Shown in pieces: positions 1 through 7,707 of a stretch of 29,375 nt of DNA; position 1 is the stretch's first letter, and each line of letters opens with the position of its first letter. The translations under genes were made by a program, and so were the position numbers. Below the pieces are notes generated by a model. It made no database searches and was not told where the DNA came from. It saw only the letters and a program-made list of their open reading frames with translations. The stretch is from an uncultured Erysipelotrichaceae bacterium. Lineage in GTDB: Bacteria > Bacillota_I > Bacilli_A > Erysipelotrichales > Erysipelotrichaceae. Location of the stretch: positions 1-29,375 of the forward strand of contig CAYWGS010000005.1 in assembly GCA_964457525.1 (NCBI GenBank), given 5' to 3'.

Positions 1-2
1 CA

Positions 3-1277
3 CGCCCGGGTGTCACGATGCAGTTACTCTGGGAGGAATATCAGGATCAATGTCGTCTCAGTAAGACACTAGGGTATCAGGCAACTCAATTCAAGAAGTA
101 CTTCAATGAATACCTGATTCAGAACCAATTCACTGAAGTGATCCGACATAAGGCCGGTGAACGGATCGAGGTGGACTGGGCGGGAACACGGGTACGATGG
201 ATGGATCCCGATACAGGAGAAGTTATATTAGGCTATCTTTTTGTCGGTGTCCTATCCTTCAGTGGTTATGCCTATGCTCAAGCTTGTCCAGATATGACGC
301 AAACCAGTTGGATTGATGCCCATAATCAAATGTTCAATTACTTCGGAGGCGTTTCTCAACTTCTCATTCCAGACAACTTGAAGACAGGTGTGACCTCTCA
401 CGGTAAGGAAACGATTGTCTTGAATAAAATCTACAGTGAGCTGGCCGAACACTATGGCATGATCGTTCTTCCTGCACGTGTCCGTAAACCCAAGGATAAA
501 CCTCAAGTTGAGAATGCGGTTGGTAAATTAACCACGCACATCATCGCACGCATGCGTGATTATCAGTTCTTCTCCATCGCTGAGTACAATGCGCAGTTAC
601 GTATCGAACTCGATCGCTTCAATCAGAAGCCTTTTCAAAAGAAGGAAGGCAGTCGTGCCAGTCTCTTTGAAAGTCTCGAGAAACCCTTGCTTAAACCATT
701 GCCTCAGTATCCGTATGAAATCGCACAATGGCGAAAAGCAAAGGTCCAATCCAACAGTCATATCAGCTACCAAAAGTGTTACTACTCTGTGCCCTATACC
801 ACTATTGGGAAAGAAGTTACACTTCGAATCACCGCTCAAACACTTGATATTTATGATGATCATACCCATTTGTGCACACATCGTCTCATCAAATCCAAGG
901 TAGGTGTCTATTCGACAGATCGGACACATTTGCCTGAGCAGAGCTCACAATTTGGCGAGTGGAACAGTACTCGCTATCTCCATTGGGCTAAGAAGAAAGG
1001 TCCTTATACCGAGCAACTCATTCAAAATCTCTTTGATAACACTGTATATGAGCAGAAGGTTTATCGATCTGTTCATTCCATATTAAAATTGGCAGACATC
1101 TACTCCGACCAAAGACTAGAATCCGCCTGCCAACTTGCGCTAGAAAATATTTCAAAGCCTAGCTATAAGCATCTTAAAGCCATTCTGACGAACAATCAAG
1201 ACAGTGAACGCAAGTTCGTGACTTCACCGGTTTCCAAGGGTGCCTTCGTTCGTGGAGGTGAATACTATGGAAAATGA
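3..1277 (+). CDS. istA: IS21-family transposase IstA, 5'-partial (reading frame stays open to the window edge; the ATG at 18 is probably internal)
   Basis: The 419-aa ORF has the IS21 IstA-like catalytic core (e.g. IEVDWAG, LIPDNLKTGV) and is followed by an overlapping istB. No stop lies between position 3 and the ATG at 18. The usual N-terminal HTH region is absent, so the gene likely continues upstream of the window. Confidence 0.85.
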   Translation, partial: RPGVTMQLLWEEYQDQCRLSKTLGYQATQFKKYFNEYLIQNQFTEVIRHKAGERIEVDWAGTRVRWMDPDTGEVILGYLFVGVLSFSGYAYAQACPDMTQTSWIDAHNQMFNYFGGVSQLLIPDNLKTGVTSHGKETIVLNKIYSELAEHYGMIVLPARVRKPKDKPQVENAVGKLTTHIIARMRDYQFFSIAEYNAQLRIELDRFNQKPFQKKEGSRASLFESLEKPLLKPLPQYPYEIAQWRKAKVQSNSHISYQKCYYSVPYTTIGKEVTLRITAQTLDIYDDHTHLCTHRLIKSKVGVYSTDRTHLPEQSSQFGEWNSTRYLHWAKKKGPYTEQLIQNLFDNTVYEQKVYRSVHSILKLADIYSDQRLESACQLALENISKPSYKHLKAILTNNQDSERKFVTSPVSKGAFVRGGEYYGK

Positions 1278-1995
1278 TCGTCTCATGCGCATCATCCAAC
1301 GCTTTAGAGAAATGCGTCTACCCATGATGGCGGAACAGTTGATTAATCTGATTGAAAGCAACGAGCTTCCAACCCTGAGTCCGATCGATTTGATTGATCG
1401 AATCAGTGAAGCAGAATTTCACTCTCGGAAGAACAATACCGTCGAACGCTTCCGTAGGAATGCACGCTTCTCCCAATCCAATGCTCGTCTCTTAGACCTC
1501 CATTTCAAACCAGAGCGCAATTTGAACAAGAGTCTGATCCAACAGCTTCAAACCAATGACTATGTCCAGAAACGACGCAATGTCATTCTTCTGGGTGCGA
1601 CCGGTTCCGGTAAGAGTTATCTTGCGAACGCCTTAGGTCATCATGCGTGTGAAGGTTTCCATACCGTATTGTATACACGGATGTTTGAGATCGTCGGGGA
1701 CTTGGCACATGCACGCCTCACGGGAGATCTTCGTCGCGCCTATCAACGTTTCATCCAACCCGATGTCCTGATTATTGATGACTTCTTGATCTACAATCTG
1801 AATGAACAAGAAATCATCGATATCTTCAAGATCATGGAATATCGACACAGTCGTAATTCAACCATCTTCTGTTCACAATATGATCCTGTGGAATGGCATC
1901 GAAGACTCGGTGCAGACCCTTTGGCAGAATCCATCATTGATCGCATCATCTCAAATTCCCACAAAATGATTCTTGCGGGAGACTCCTTGCGTTAG
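1267..1995 (+). CDS. istB: IS21-family helper ATPase IstB (AAA+/DnaA-like)
   Basis: Walker A is GATGSGKS and a Walker B-like LIIDDF is present. The likely start is ATG 1267, preceded by GGAGGTG at 1254-1260 (the ORF track starts at 1240). It overlaps the istA stop by 11 nt (ATGGAAAATGA). Confidence 0.88.
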   Translation: MENDRLMRIIQRFREMRLPMMAEQLINLIESNELPTLSPIDLIDRISEAEFHSRKNNTVERFRRNARFSQSNARLLDLHFKPERNLNKSLIQQLQTNDYVQKRRNVILLGATGSGKSYLANALGHHACEGFHTVLYTRMFEIVGDLAHARLTGDLRRAYQRFIQPDVLIIDDFLIYNLNEQEIIDIFKIMEYRHSRNSTIFCSQYDPVEWHRRLGADPLAESIIDRIISNSHKMILAGDSLR

Positions 1996-2047
1996 TTTAA
2001 AAGAGTGCCATTTCCATTCACCTGGATCTGGCACTTTTATCCGAATT

Positions 2048-2116
2048 GAGTGGCACAACTTCCCCGAAACAACTGGCACAACTCGAGCGAAACGAGTGGC
2101 TCAAAAGTGACGCCGT
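2048..2116 (+). repeat. Three-unit, about 23-bp phased direct repeat at the IS21 right end (putative transposase binding sites)
   Basis: TGGCACAACT occurs at 2051-2060 and 2074-2083. CGAAAC occurs at 2065-2070 and 2088-2093, so both motifs have a 23-bp period. A degenerate third unit, GAGTGGCTCAAAAGTGACGCCGT, lies at 2094-2116. Related half-sites are GAGTGCCA at 2003-2010 and CTGGCAC at 2029-2035. Confidence 0.7.
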
Positions 2117-2217
2117 AATCAAATTTTTCTAGACTTTATAATATTTGAGTTCTTTTGAAATAGTACTTATTGCAATATTTAATCAATATCATGAATACTT
2201 GATTTAGAGAGAGTAAT

Positions 2218-2236
2218 AATACTTGATTCAAGTATT
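2218..2236. repeat. Perfect 19-bp palindrome AATACTTGA-T-TCAAGTATT (operator-like) with a nearby half-site copy
   Basis: The reverse complement of AATACTTGA is TCAAGTATT. A direct copy of the half-site, AATACTTGATT, lies at 2194-2204, and a related AATACT lies at 2281-2286. Confidence 0.6.
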
Positions 2237-2309
2237 TGGTAAATTCTCTCTTTTACTCATTTCTATTTTCTATATAATTGAATACTATAATTACAAAAGA
2301 ATTAAGTTT

Positions 2310-2351
2310 AAATTAAAAGGACTGAATCCAGTACAATACCGTCTTCAGTCC
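2310..2351 (-). terminator. Candidate rho-independent terminator for the metallophosphoesterase gene
   Basis: An 8-bp stem pairs GGACTGAA (2319-2326) with TTCAGTCC (2344-2351). On the minus strand it is followed by TTTTAATTT. The 17-nt loop is unusually large, so confidence is modest. Confidence 0.35.
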
Positions 2352-2414
2352 AACTATAATTATGCTTAAATTACTTGTCTACTATTGGGGTTCACTTTAA
2401 GAAATGGTTTATTT

Positions 2415-3233
2415 TTAATTACTTCTAAATGTAAAGTGATATATGGTAGGATCACTTAACCAACGTGCTCTTAAGTTTGATATTCCGATTCCATTTGATA
2501 CAATCAATCGACTTGTATCAGTCGTGTATTGACCCTTAATATAATTTCCATGTGCTTGACTAAACAATGAACCATAGAGTGGTAGATTAACTTGACCACC
2601 ATGAGTTTTAGCACCCAAGAAGAGTTCTATGTTTTGATTCTTCCAATCTGAATAAATAGAAGGGTCATAACTTAATACTATATTATATTGACCTAGTTCA
2701 ATTTGATTGAGAACATCATTTGAACCATGTGTTGATAAACCAATTAATTGAATAGAATCCTTTGATTTATTGTGAAGATTTATTACAGCATTCTCAAGTG
2801 TTTCAATATTACTTTGACTGTAGATTGCTTTAATCGTTTCAATATGATCTTGATCTAAATCAGATAGTACCGCAAATTTACCAAGTGGAGCAGGTAATGA
2901 ACTTAACCAATCAATCATTTGTAATACTTGATCATCATTGAGATTCTCTTCATCCAACAAATCACCACCAAAGAAGATAAAATCTGGTTTAAGATCAATG
3001 ATTTGATTCATGACTTTTTCATAATATGTTTCATCTAAGGTATACGCATGAATATCCGATAGATAGACAAAACTTAATCCATCAAAACTCTCTGGGATTG
3101 TTTCGTGGTTGAGTTCTTGTTTATGTACTGTTAGACGTGTTAAAGCACCATTGGTACTATCGATATGGATAATATAAATGAGTACTGAAATTAAGAGTAT
3201 AAATAGAATAATGGATCGTATCATATTTTTCAT
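2415..3233 (-). CDS. Membrane-anchored calcineurin-like metallophosphoesterase (YkuE/YaeI-like) with a degenerate active-site motif set
   Basis: It has an N-terminal TM helix. Family motifs present are LSDIH (DxH), GGDLLD (GDxxD), THGGQ and SNGIG. The expected GNHD reads SDLD, HNP reads YDP, and GHTH reads AKTH. Confidence 0.7.
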   Translation of the reverse strand: MKNMIRSIILFILLISVLIYIIHIDSTNGALTRLTVHKQELNHETIPESFDGLSFVYLSDIHAYTLDETYYEKVMNQIIDLKPDFIFFGGDLLDEENLNDDQVLQMIDWLSSLPAPLGKFAVLSDLDQDHIETIKAIYSQSNIETLENAVINLHNKSKDSIQLIGLSTHGSNDVLNQIELGQYNIVLSYDPSIYSDWKNQNIELFLGAKTHGGQVNLPLYGSLFSQAHGNYIKGQYTTDTSRLIVSNGIGISNLRARWLSDPTIYHFTFRSN

Positions 3234-3292
3234 ATGTACTATTATACTAAATTTAGCTAATATAAGGATGAAGAGTTAATGAGAGGTGAACT

Positions 3293-3973
3293 ATGAGACG
3301 ATTATTCGCATCGTTATTGATTATCATTGGGGTTCTTATTATCCTAAGTAATTTAGATATTATTTCGATTGAACATATTATGAAGTATTTATGGCCAAGT
3401 TTACTCATTCTGATTGGTTTGTTTAACTTAGTTCGTAATCGTAGAATACAATTTTTCTCGGTTATCTTAATTGCGATCGGGTCGATTTACTTATTGAATG
3501 AGTTAGAGATTATCAATATAACCTTTAGACAAATCATGACCTATTTCTGGCCTGGGGTATTAATTTTGATTGGCCTAAACCTATTGTTTAGTCGACCACA
3601 AAAAGTTAAACCAATTGAACCTTCGACACGACCTAAACATCAATCGAACCAAAAAGAGTATAATTCATTCCTCAATTCTATGAATGAACAAGTGAATAAC
3701 TCAAACTTTGAGCGTTGTTCAGTCAACTCAGTACTCGCTTCAACTGAAGTGGACTTTAGTCAAGTAGAGTTTAAGAATGATTCGGCTTCGATTGAGATTA
3801 ACAGTGTCTTATCCAGTGTGCTTGTTAAGTTGCCTACAGGGGTTCGTATTAGTTTATCGGGTTCACCTATTTTAGGGGATATCAGTGATAAATCGATGGG
3901 AGATCCAAGTAGTACAAAAGTATTGAATGTGAATTTTACGTGTATCTTAGGTAGTATAGAGATTTATCAATAA
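3293..3973 (+). CDS. LiaF-like / cell wall-active antibiotics response family membrane protein (internally duplicated TM module plus DUF2154-like C-terminal domain)
   Basis: The SD GAGAGGTG precedes the ATG. Two copies of a TM module are present (KYLWPSLLILIGLFNL and TYFWPGVLILIGLNLL). The beta-rich C-terminus ends in ILGSIEI, which is typical of LiaF-type domains. Confidence 0.5.
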   Translation: MRRLFASLLIIIGVLIILSNLDIISIEHIMKYLWPSLLILIGLFNLVRNRRIQFFSVILIAIGSIYLLNELEIINITFRQIMTYFWPGVLILIGLNLLFSRPQKVKPIEPSTRPKHQSNQKEYNSFLNSMNEQVNNSNFERCSVNSVLASTEVDFSQVEFKNDSASIEINSVLSSVLVKLPTGVRISLSGSPILGDISDKSMGDPSSTKVLNVNFTCILGSIEIYQ

Positions 3974-3976
3974 AAA

Positions 3977-3997
3977 AATAGTGCTTAACGCACTATT
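3977..3997. terminator. Terminator hairpin between the convergent LiaF-like gene and rnj
   Basis: AATAGTGC (3977-3984) pairs with GCACTATT (3990-3997) around a 5-nt loop. An A-run lies on the + side upstream, which gives a T7 run after the hairpin on the minus strand. The hairpin overlaps the rnj stop codon (3993-3995). Confidence 0.65.
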
Positions 3998-5729
3998 TAG
4001 ACTTATTTTGTAGAGCAGCCATGGCTGCTTTTTGATTTAAGATAACAGGAATAACCAATGGGTTACGACTTGTCTTTTGATATAAGAATGGTTCTAGAGA
4101 AGCACGAATGGTGTTCTTAAGCTCACCAAATGTGGTCTTCTGTAACATCTTTTTCTTAAGAGCTTCGTATACAACCATTTCAGCTTCTTTCAAGAGTGTT
4201 TGAGATTCTTTTAAGAAGACGAATCCACGAGATACAATATTAGGTCTTACTAAGATTTTATTGTATCGTGAGTCAATGGTTACGATAACACTGACCATAC
4301 CATTATCCGCTAAGATTGTACGATCTTTAATAACAGAAGTGGATAATCCAGATGTATCATTGCCATCCACATAAATATCATCACTTTGGATACGTGTATC
4401 TGCCATAAAGACTTCTTCGTTGCGTAAGACAACCGCATCACCATTCGCCATGATGAAGATATTTTCTTTAGGAATACCAGTTTCCATACCTGTTTTCGCA
4501 TGAACCTTTAACATCTTATATTCACCATGAATTGGCATAAAGTATTTAGGTTTAATCAATTGTAACATGAGCTTCTGTTCTTCTTGAGACGCATGTCCTG
4601 TGGTGTGTAATGAGTTTAAGAGTGAGTTGGTTAATACATTCGCCCCTGAGCGGGTTAAACGATTAACGACACCCGAAACGCTTTGTGCATTACCAGGAAT
4701 AGGACTACTCGAGAATACAACCGTATCCCCAGGAATAATCTTAATAAAACGATGTGTTCCATTCGCAATACGTGATAGAGCAGCTAAAGGTTCACCTTGT
4801 GATCCTGTCGCTAAGATTAATACCTTATTTGCAGGAATGGTATTTAACATATTCGGTTCAATAAAGTGTTCATCACCATAAGGGATATGACCGTGTTTAC
4901 GACCGACTACCACAACGTTTTCCATGGAACGACCAAATACACAGACTTTACGTCCTGTATCCACCGCAGCCTCAATAATTTGTCTTACACGATATACGTT
5001 CGATGCGAAGGTTGCCATGATTAAGCGACCTTGTGTCTTGCGCGCGATATCAAGTAACGCTTGAGCAACTTTCTTTTCACTAATGGAGAATCCACTAACT
5101 GAAGAGTTTGTGGAATCACTCATAAGAAGGGTGACACCAATTTGTCCTATGTACGCCATCTTTTGATAATCTGCATTCGCTCCAACAGGAGTTAAGTCAA
5201 ACTTAAAGTCACCGGTATGTACAATTCTTCCATTTGGAGTATTGATCAATACACCTAATGCATCAGGAATTGAGTGAGTTGTGTTATAAAAACCAACTCT
5301 AAAGTGTTCTGTTTCAACTTTAGAATTCTCGTTGATAATTTCAATCTTAGGTAACTCACGCATTCTACGTTCTTCCAATTTACGGTTGATAAGTGCAGCC
5401 GCAAAGCTTGGTGCATAGATACGTGGTATTTTCACTGCTTTAAGTAAAAACGGTATACCACCAATATGATCTTCATGACCATGTGTAATAATTAATGCTT
5501 TTACTTTGTGTTGATTACGTACTAAGTAACTATAATCAGGTATAACGTAATCCACACCTAAAAGACTTTCCTCCGGAAACCGTACGCCTGCATCCAAGAT
5601 AATTATTTCATCTTGATGTTCATAACAGTACATGTTCTTCCCGACTTCGCCTAAACCACCTAAGGCATAAACGAGTGTGTCAGTATTCCGATTATAGGTC
5701 TTCGGTTCAATATTTAATTCATTTTCCAT
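3993..5729 (-). CDS. rnj: Ribonuclease J (metallo-beta-lactamase/beta-CASP RNase)
   Basis: The HxHxDH motif is THGHEDH. The N-terminus has GGLGEVGKNMY. The 578-aa length and C-terminal domain are typical of RNase J. The SD AAGGAG lies upstream of the ATG. Confidence 0.92.
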   Translation of the reverse strand: MENELNIEPKTYNRNTDTLVYALGGLGEVGKNMYCYEHQDEIIILDAGVRFPEESLLGVDYVIPDYSYLVRNQHKVKALIITHGHEDHIGGIPFLLKAVKIPRIYAPSFAAALINRKLEERRMRELPKIEIINENSKVETEHFRVGFYNTTHSIPDALGVLINTPNGRIVHTGDFKFDLTPVGANADYQKMAYIGQIGVTLLMSDSTNSSVSGFSISEKKVAQALLDIARKTQGRLIMATFASNVYRVRQIIEAAVDTGRKVCVFGRSMENVVVVGRKHGHIPYGDEHFIEPNMLNTIPANKVLILATGSQGEPLAALSRIANGTHRFIKIIPGDTVVFSSSPIPGNAQSVSGVVNRLTRSGANVLTNSLLNSLHTTGHASQEEQKLMLQLIKPKYFMPIHGEYKMLKVHAKTGMETGIPKENIFIMANGDAVVLRNEEVFMADTRIQSDDIYVDGNDTSGLSTSVIKDRTILADNGMVSVIVTIDSRYNKILVRPNIVSRGFVFLKESQTLLKEAEMVVYEALKKKMLQKTTFGELKNTIRASLEPFLYQKTSRNPLVIPVILNQKAAMAALQNKSK

Positions 5730-5741
5730 AATACTCCTTGT

Positions 5742-6302
5742 TTATTCAATTATTAAGGTATTTTCTTCTACTTTCCAAGGATCGCTTAGATTAATATGGT
5801 CATAGAATAAGACACCATTTAAATGATCAATTTCATGTTGTAAAACTACAGCTAAATAGCCATCCGCTCTAAATTCAACCATCTCATTGGCTAAGACATC
5901 AAACGCACGAACTTTAATGCGTGCACTACGATGAACTAAACCTTGATGTTCAACTTCAACGGATAAACAACCTTCTCCAAGAGATAAGGCTGTTTTTTGT
6001 ACTGAGTGAGAAATTATTTTTGGGTTCGCTAAACAGTACTCAATAAAATTCCCATCTTCATCATCTACGACAACTACGATGATTTGAACATTCACCCCAA
6101 CTTGAGGTGCTGCTAAACCAACTGCAGGTTTAAGATCATATTTTTGAGCTTTTTCATCATCTCTTGAATCTTTAACATAACGCAACATGCGTTTGGCTAA
6201 AGCGATGTATTTTTTTTGTAAAGGCAAGTTTAAAAGTTCTGATTTCAATCTAAGGCTCGGATTATCATCCTTCACAATAGACGTATAAGTGATTCGATTC
6301 AT
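5742..6302 (-). CDS. def: Peptide deformylase
   Basis: The motifs GLAAPQVG, EGCLS and QHEIDHLNG are present. The ORF extends to 6326, but the ATG at 6302 (MNRITY...) is preceded by AGAGGG and gives a normal Def N-terminus. The gene ends 12 nt before the rnj start. Confidence 0.88.
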   Translation of the reverse strand: MNRITYTSIVKDDNPSLRLKSELLNLPLQKKYIALAKRMLRYVKDSRDDEKAQKYDLKPAVGLAAPQVGVNVQIIVVVVDDEDGNFIEYCLANPKIISHSVQKTALSLGEGCLSVEVEHQGLVHRSARIKVRAFDVLANEMVEFRADGYLAVVLQHEIDHLNGVLFYDHINLSDPWKVEENTLIIE

Positions 6303-6512
6303 ATTCCCTCTATATTCCCACATCAAAAAAGATTTTTTCGCCTTTGATGATATGTAACGATCTAAAGTACAGACACATTATAACGAATTCATTCCTTAAA
6401 GTATAGTGATTTGAATTGACTTGTTAAAAAATATGAAAGTAAACGATTACATTCAAATAAAAAACTTACCAACAAAATATTTTTAATCATAAGCAAACTT
6501 ATACTTATTATT

Positions 6513-6521
6513 TGATACAAT
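6513..6521 (+). promoter_or_regulatory. Extended -10 promoter element TGaTACAAT immediately upstream of the SEDS gene ATG
   Basis: TG lies at 6513-6514 and TACAAT at 6516-6521. Only 7 nt separate the hexamer from ATG 6529, and no SD-like purine run lies in between. Confidence 0.45.
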
Positions 6522-6528
6522 AAATACG

Positions 6529-7707
6529 ATGAAAAAGTTCAAATTCTCACTCAGACTTCCTAAAGGAAGAAACATACATATTCAACTAGCCATGGTCTTT
6601 TTATGCTTGATTGGTCTTCTTATGATCGTATCCGCATCCATGACAACCAATATTTCTACTCAAGCATTAATGAATACAGCACTCCGACAAATTGTATTTA
6701 TTTCGATTGGTTACTTTGGCTATGTTATGTTAGCTCGATACTTTAGGATTGAGTATTTTAAGAAACTCAGTGTCTTACTATCAATTGTAATGATATTTCT
6801 ACTTATTGTTCCTCGTTTCTTTGGTCCAATCAACGGTGCATACGCTTGGATTCAAATTCCTGGATTTGGTACGATTCAACCCAGTGAGTTCGCTAAACTA
6901 GGGTTAATTATCGTGTTTGCGGTGTATTTAGGCGATAATCGAAAGCGGGATATTAGTTTTGGGGATCTTATTCAGAAACCTGCGTTATATTTCATTATTA
7001 CTTTTATTATCATCATGTTCTTTCAAAAGGATACCGGAACAGCGATTGTTTTATTTATAATTGCCTACTTTACTTTGTTGATGGCGGGTCATAAGAAACT
7101 TGCCAAGTTACAAATGTGGATGATTATCTTAATTATTGTTGCTGTAGTAGGGGCATTTATTGTATTGAGTCCAGCTGGTATTCATTTTATTAAGAATGCA
7201 TTAAACTTACCCGATTATATGGTCGCTCGATTTGAGAATACGATTAATCCATTTGTGAATAAGTATGGTAGTGGTTACCAACTTGTAAATGGTTTAGTAG
7301 CGTTTGTAAAAGGGAATTGGTCAGGTGTTGGATTCGGTAAGAGTCTACAAAAATATGGATATTTACCTGCCGCAAAGACTGACTTTATCTTAGCGGTTAT
7401 TGCGGAGGAGTTTGGGTTTATTGGAGTATTAACTGTTCTTATTCTTTATTTCATCCTCTTTTATCAGTTATTCAAACATGCGTTGAATGCAAAAGATGAG
7501 AAATCACGAATGATTCTTGTAGGAATTGGTATTTACCTATTTGCGCATTTTGTCTTAAATGTGGGTGGTGTTACAGCCTTAATTCCTCTAACAGGTGTAC
7601 CATTGTTAATGTTGTCATCTGGAGGATCGAGTACACTTTCTATTATGTTTGGATTAGGGATTGCTCAAGCAGTTATCATACGTCAGAAAAGAGAAGAATC
7701 AGAATGA
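6529..7707 (+). CDS. FtsW/RodA/SpoVE (SEDS) family peptidoglycan glycosyltransferase
   Basis: The 392-aa polytopic membrane protein carries typical SEDS blocks: QPSEFAKL, DTGTA, LPAAKTDFILAVIAEEFGF and PLTGVPLLMLSSGGSS. Confidence 0.88.
   Translation: MKKFKFSLRLPKGRNIHIQLAMVFLCLIGLLMIVSASMTTNISTQALMNTALRQIVFISIGYFGYVMLARYFRIEYFKKLSVLLSIVMIFLLIVPRFFGPINGAYAWIQIPGFGTIQPSEFAKLGLIIVFAVYLGDNRKRDISFGDLIQKPALYFIITFIIIMFFQKDTGTAIVLFIIAYFTLLMAGHKKLAKLQMWMIILIIVAVVGAFIVLSPAGIHFIKNALNLPDYMVARFENTINPFVNKYGSGYQLVNGLVAFVKGNWSGVGFGKSLQKYGYLPAAKTDFILAVIAEEFGFIGVLTVLILYFILFYQLFKHALNAKDEKSRMILVGIGIYLFAHFVLNVGGVTALIPLTGVPLLMLSSGGSSTLSIMFGLGIAQAVIIRQKREESE

Larger units (their letters stand above)
1..2121 (+). 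mobile_element. IS21-family insertion sequence, partial (left end lies outside the window; right boundary is estimated at about 2116-2121)
   Basis: An istA-istB pair is followed by phased terminal direct repeats. Composition drops sharply to AT-rich sequence after about 2121, and a candidate terminal CA lies at 2120-2121. Confidence 0.75.

Noticed and set aside
252-1086. Overlapping small ORFs within istA on both strands (252-506, 556-903, 597-929, 904-1086).
   Set aside because: They are off-frame or antisense products of the transposase gene. The istA frame explains the region.
1633-1848. A 71-aa ORF antisense to istB.
   Set aside because: It is fully inside istB, with no start signals.
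2122-2414. The possibility of a small protein or ncRNA gene in the AT-rich spacer right of the IS.
   Set aside because: The only ORFs are 18 codons or shorter and have no SD. I could see no stable GC-supported structure apart from the palindrome and the terminator-like hairpin, which are already reported.
4310-4881. Two small ORFs within the rnj coding region: 4310-4501 off-frame on the same (minus) strand and 4600-4881 antisense.
   Set aside because: They are fully embedded in a conserved RNase J coding region, with no independent signals.
6409-6458. An 8-bp inverted repeat, ATTTGAAT ... ATTCAAAT, in the def/SEDS spacer.
   Set aside because: It is short and purely A/T, has a 34-nt loop and has no T-tract. 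Such a repeat is expected by chance in AT-rich spacer.
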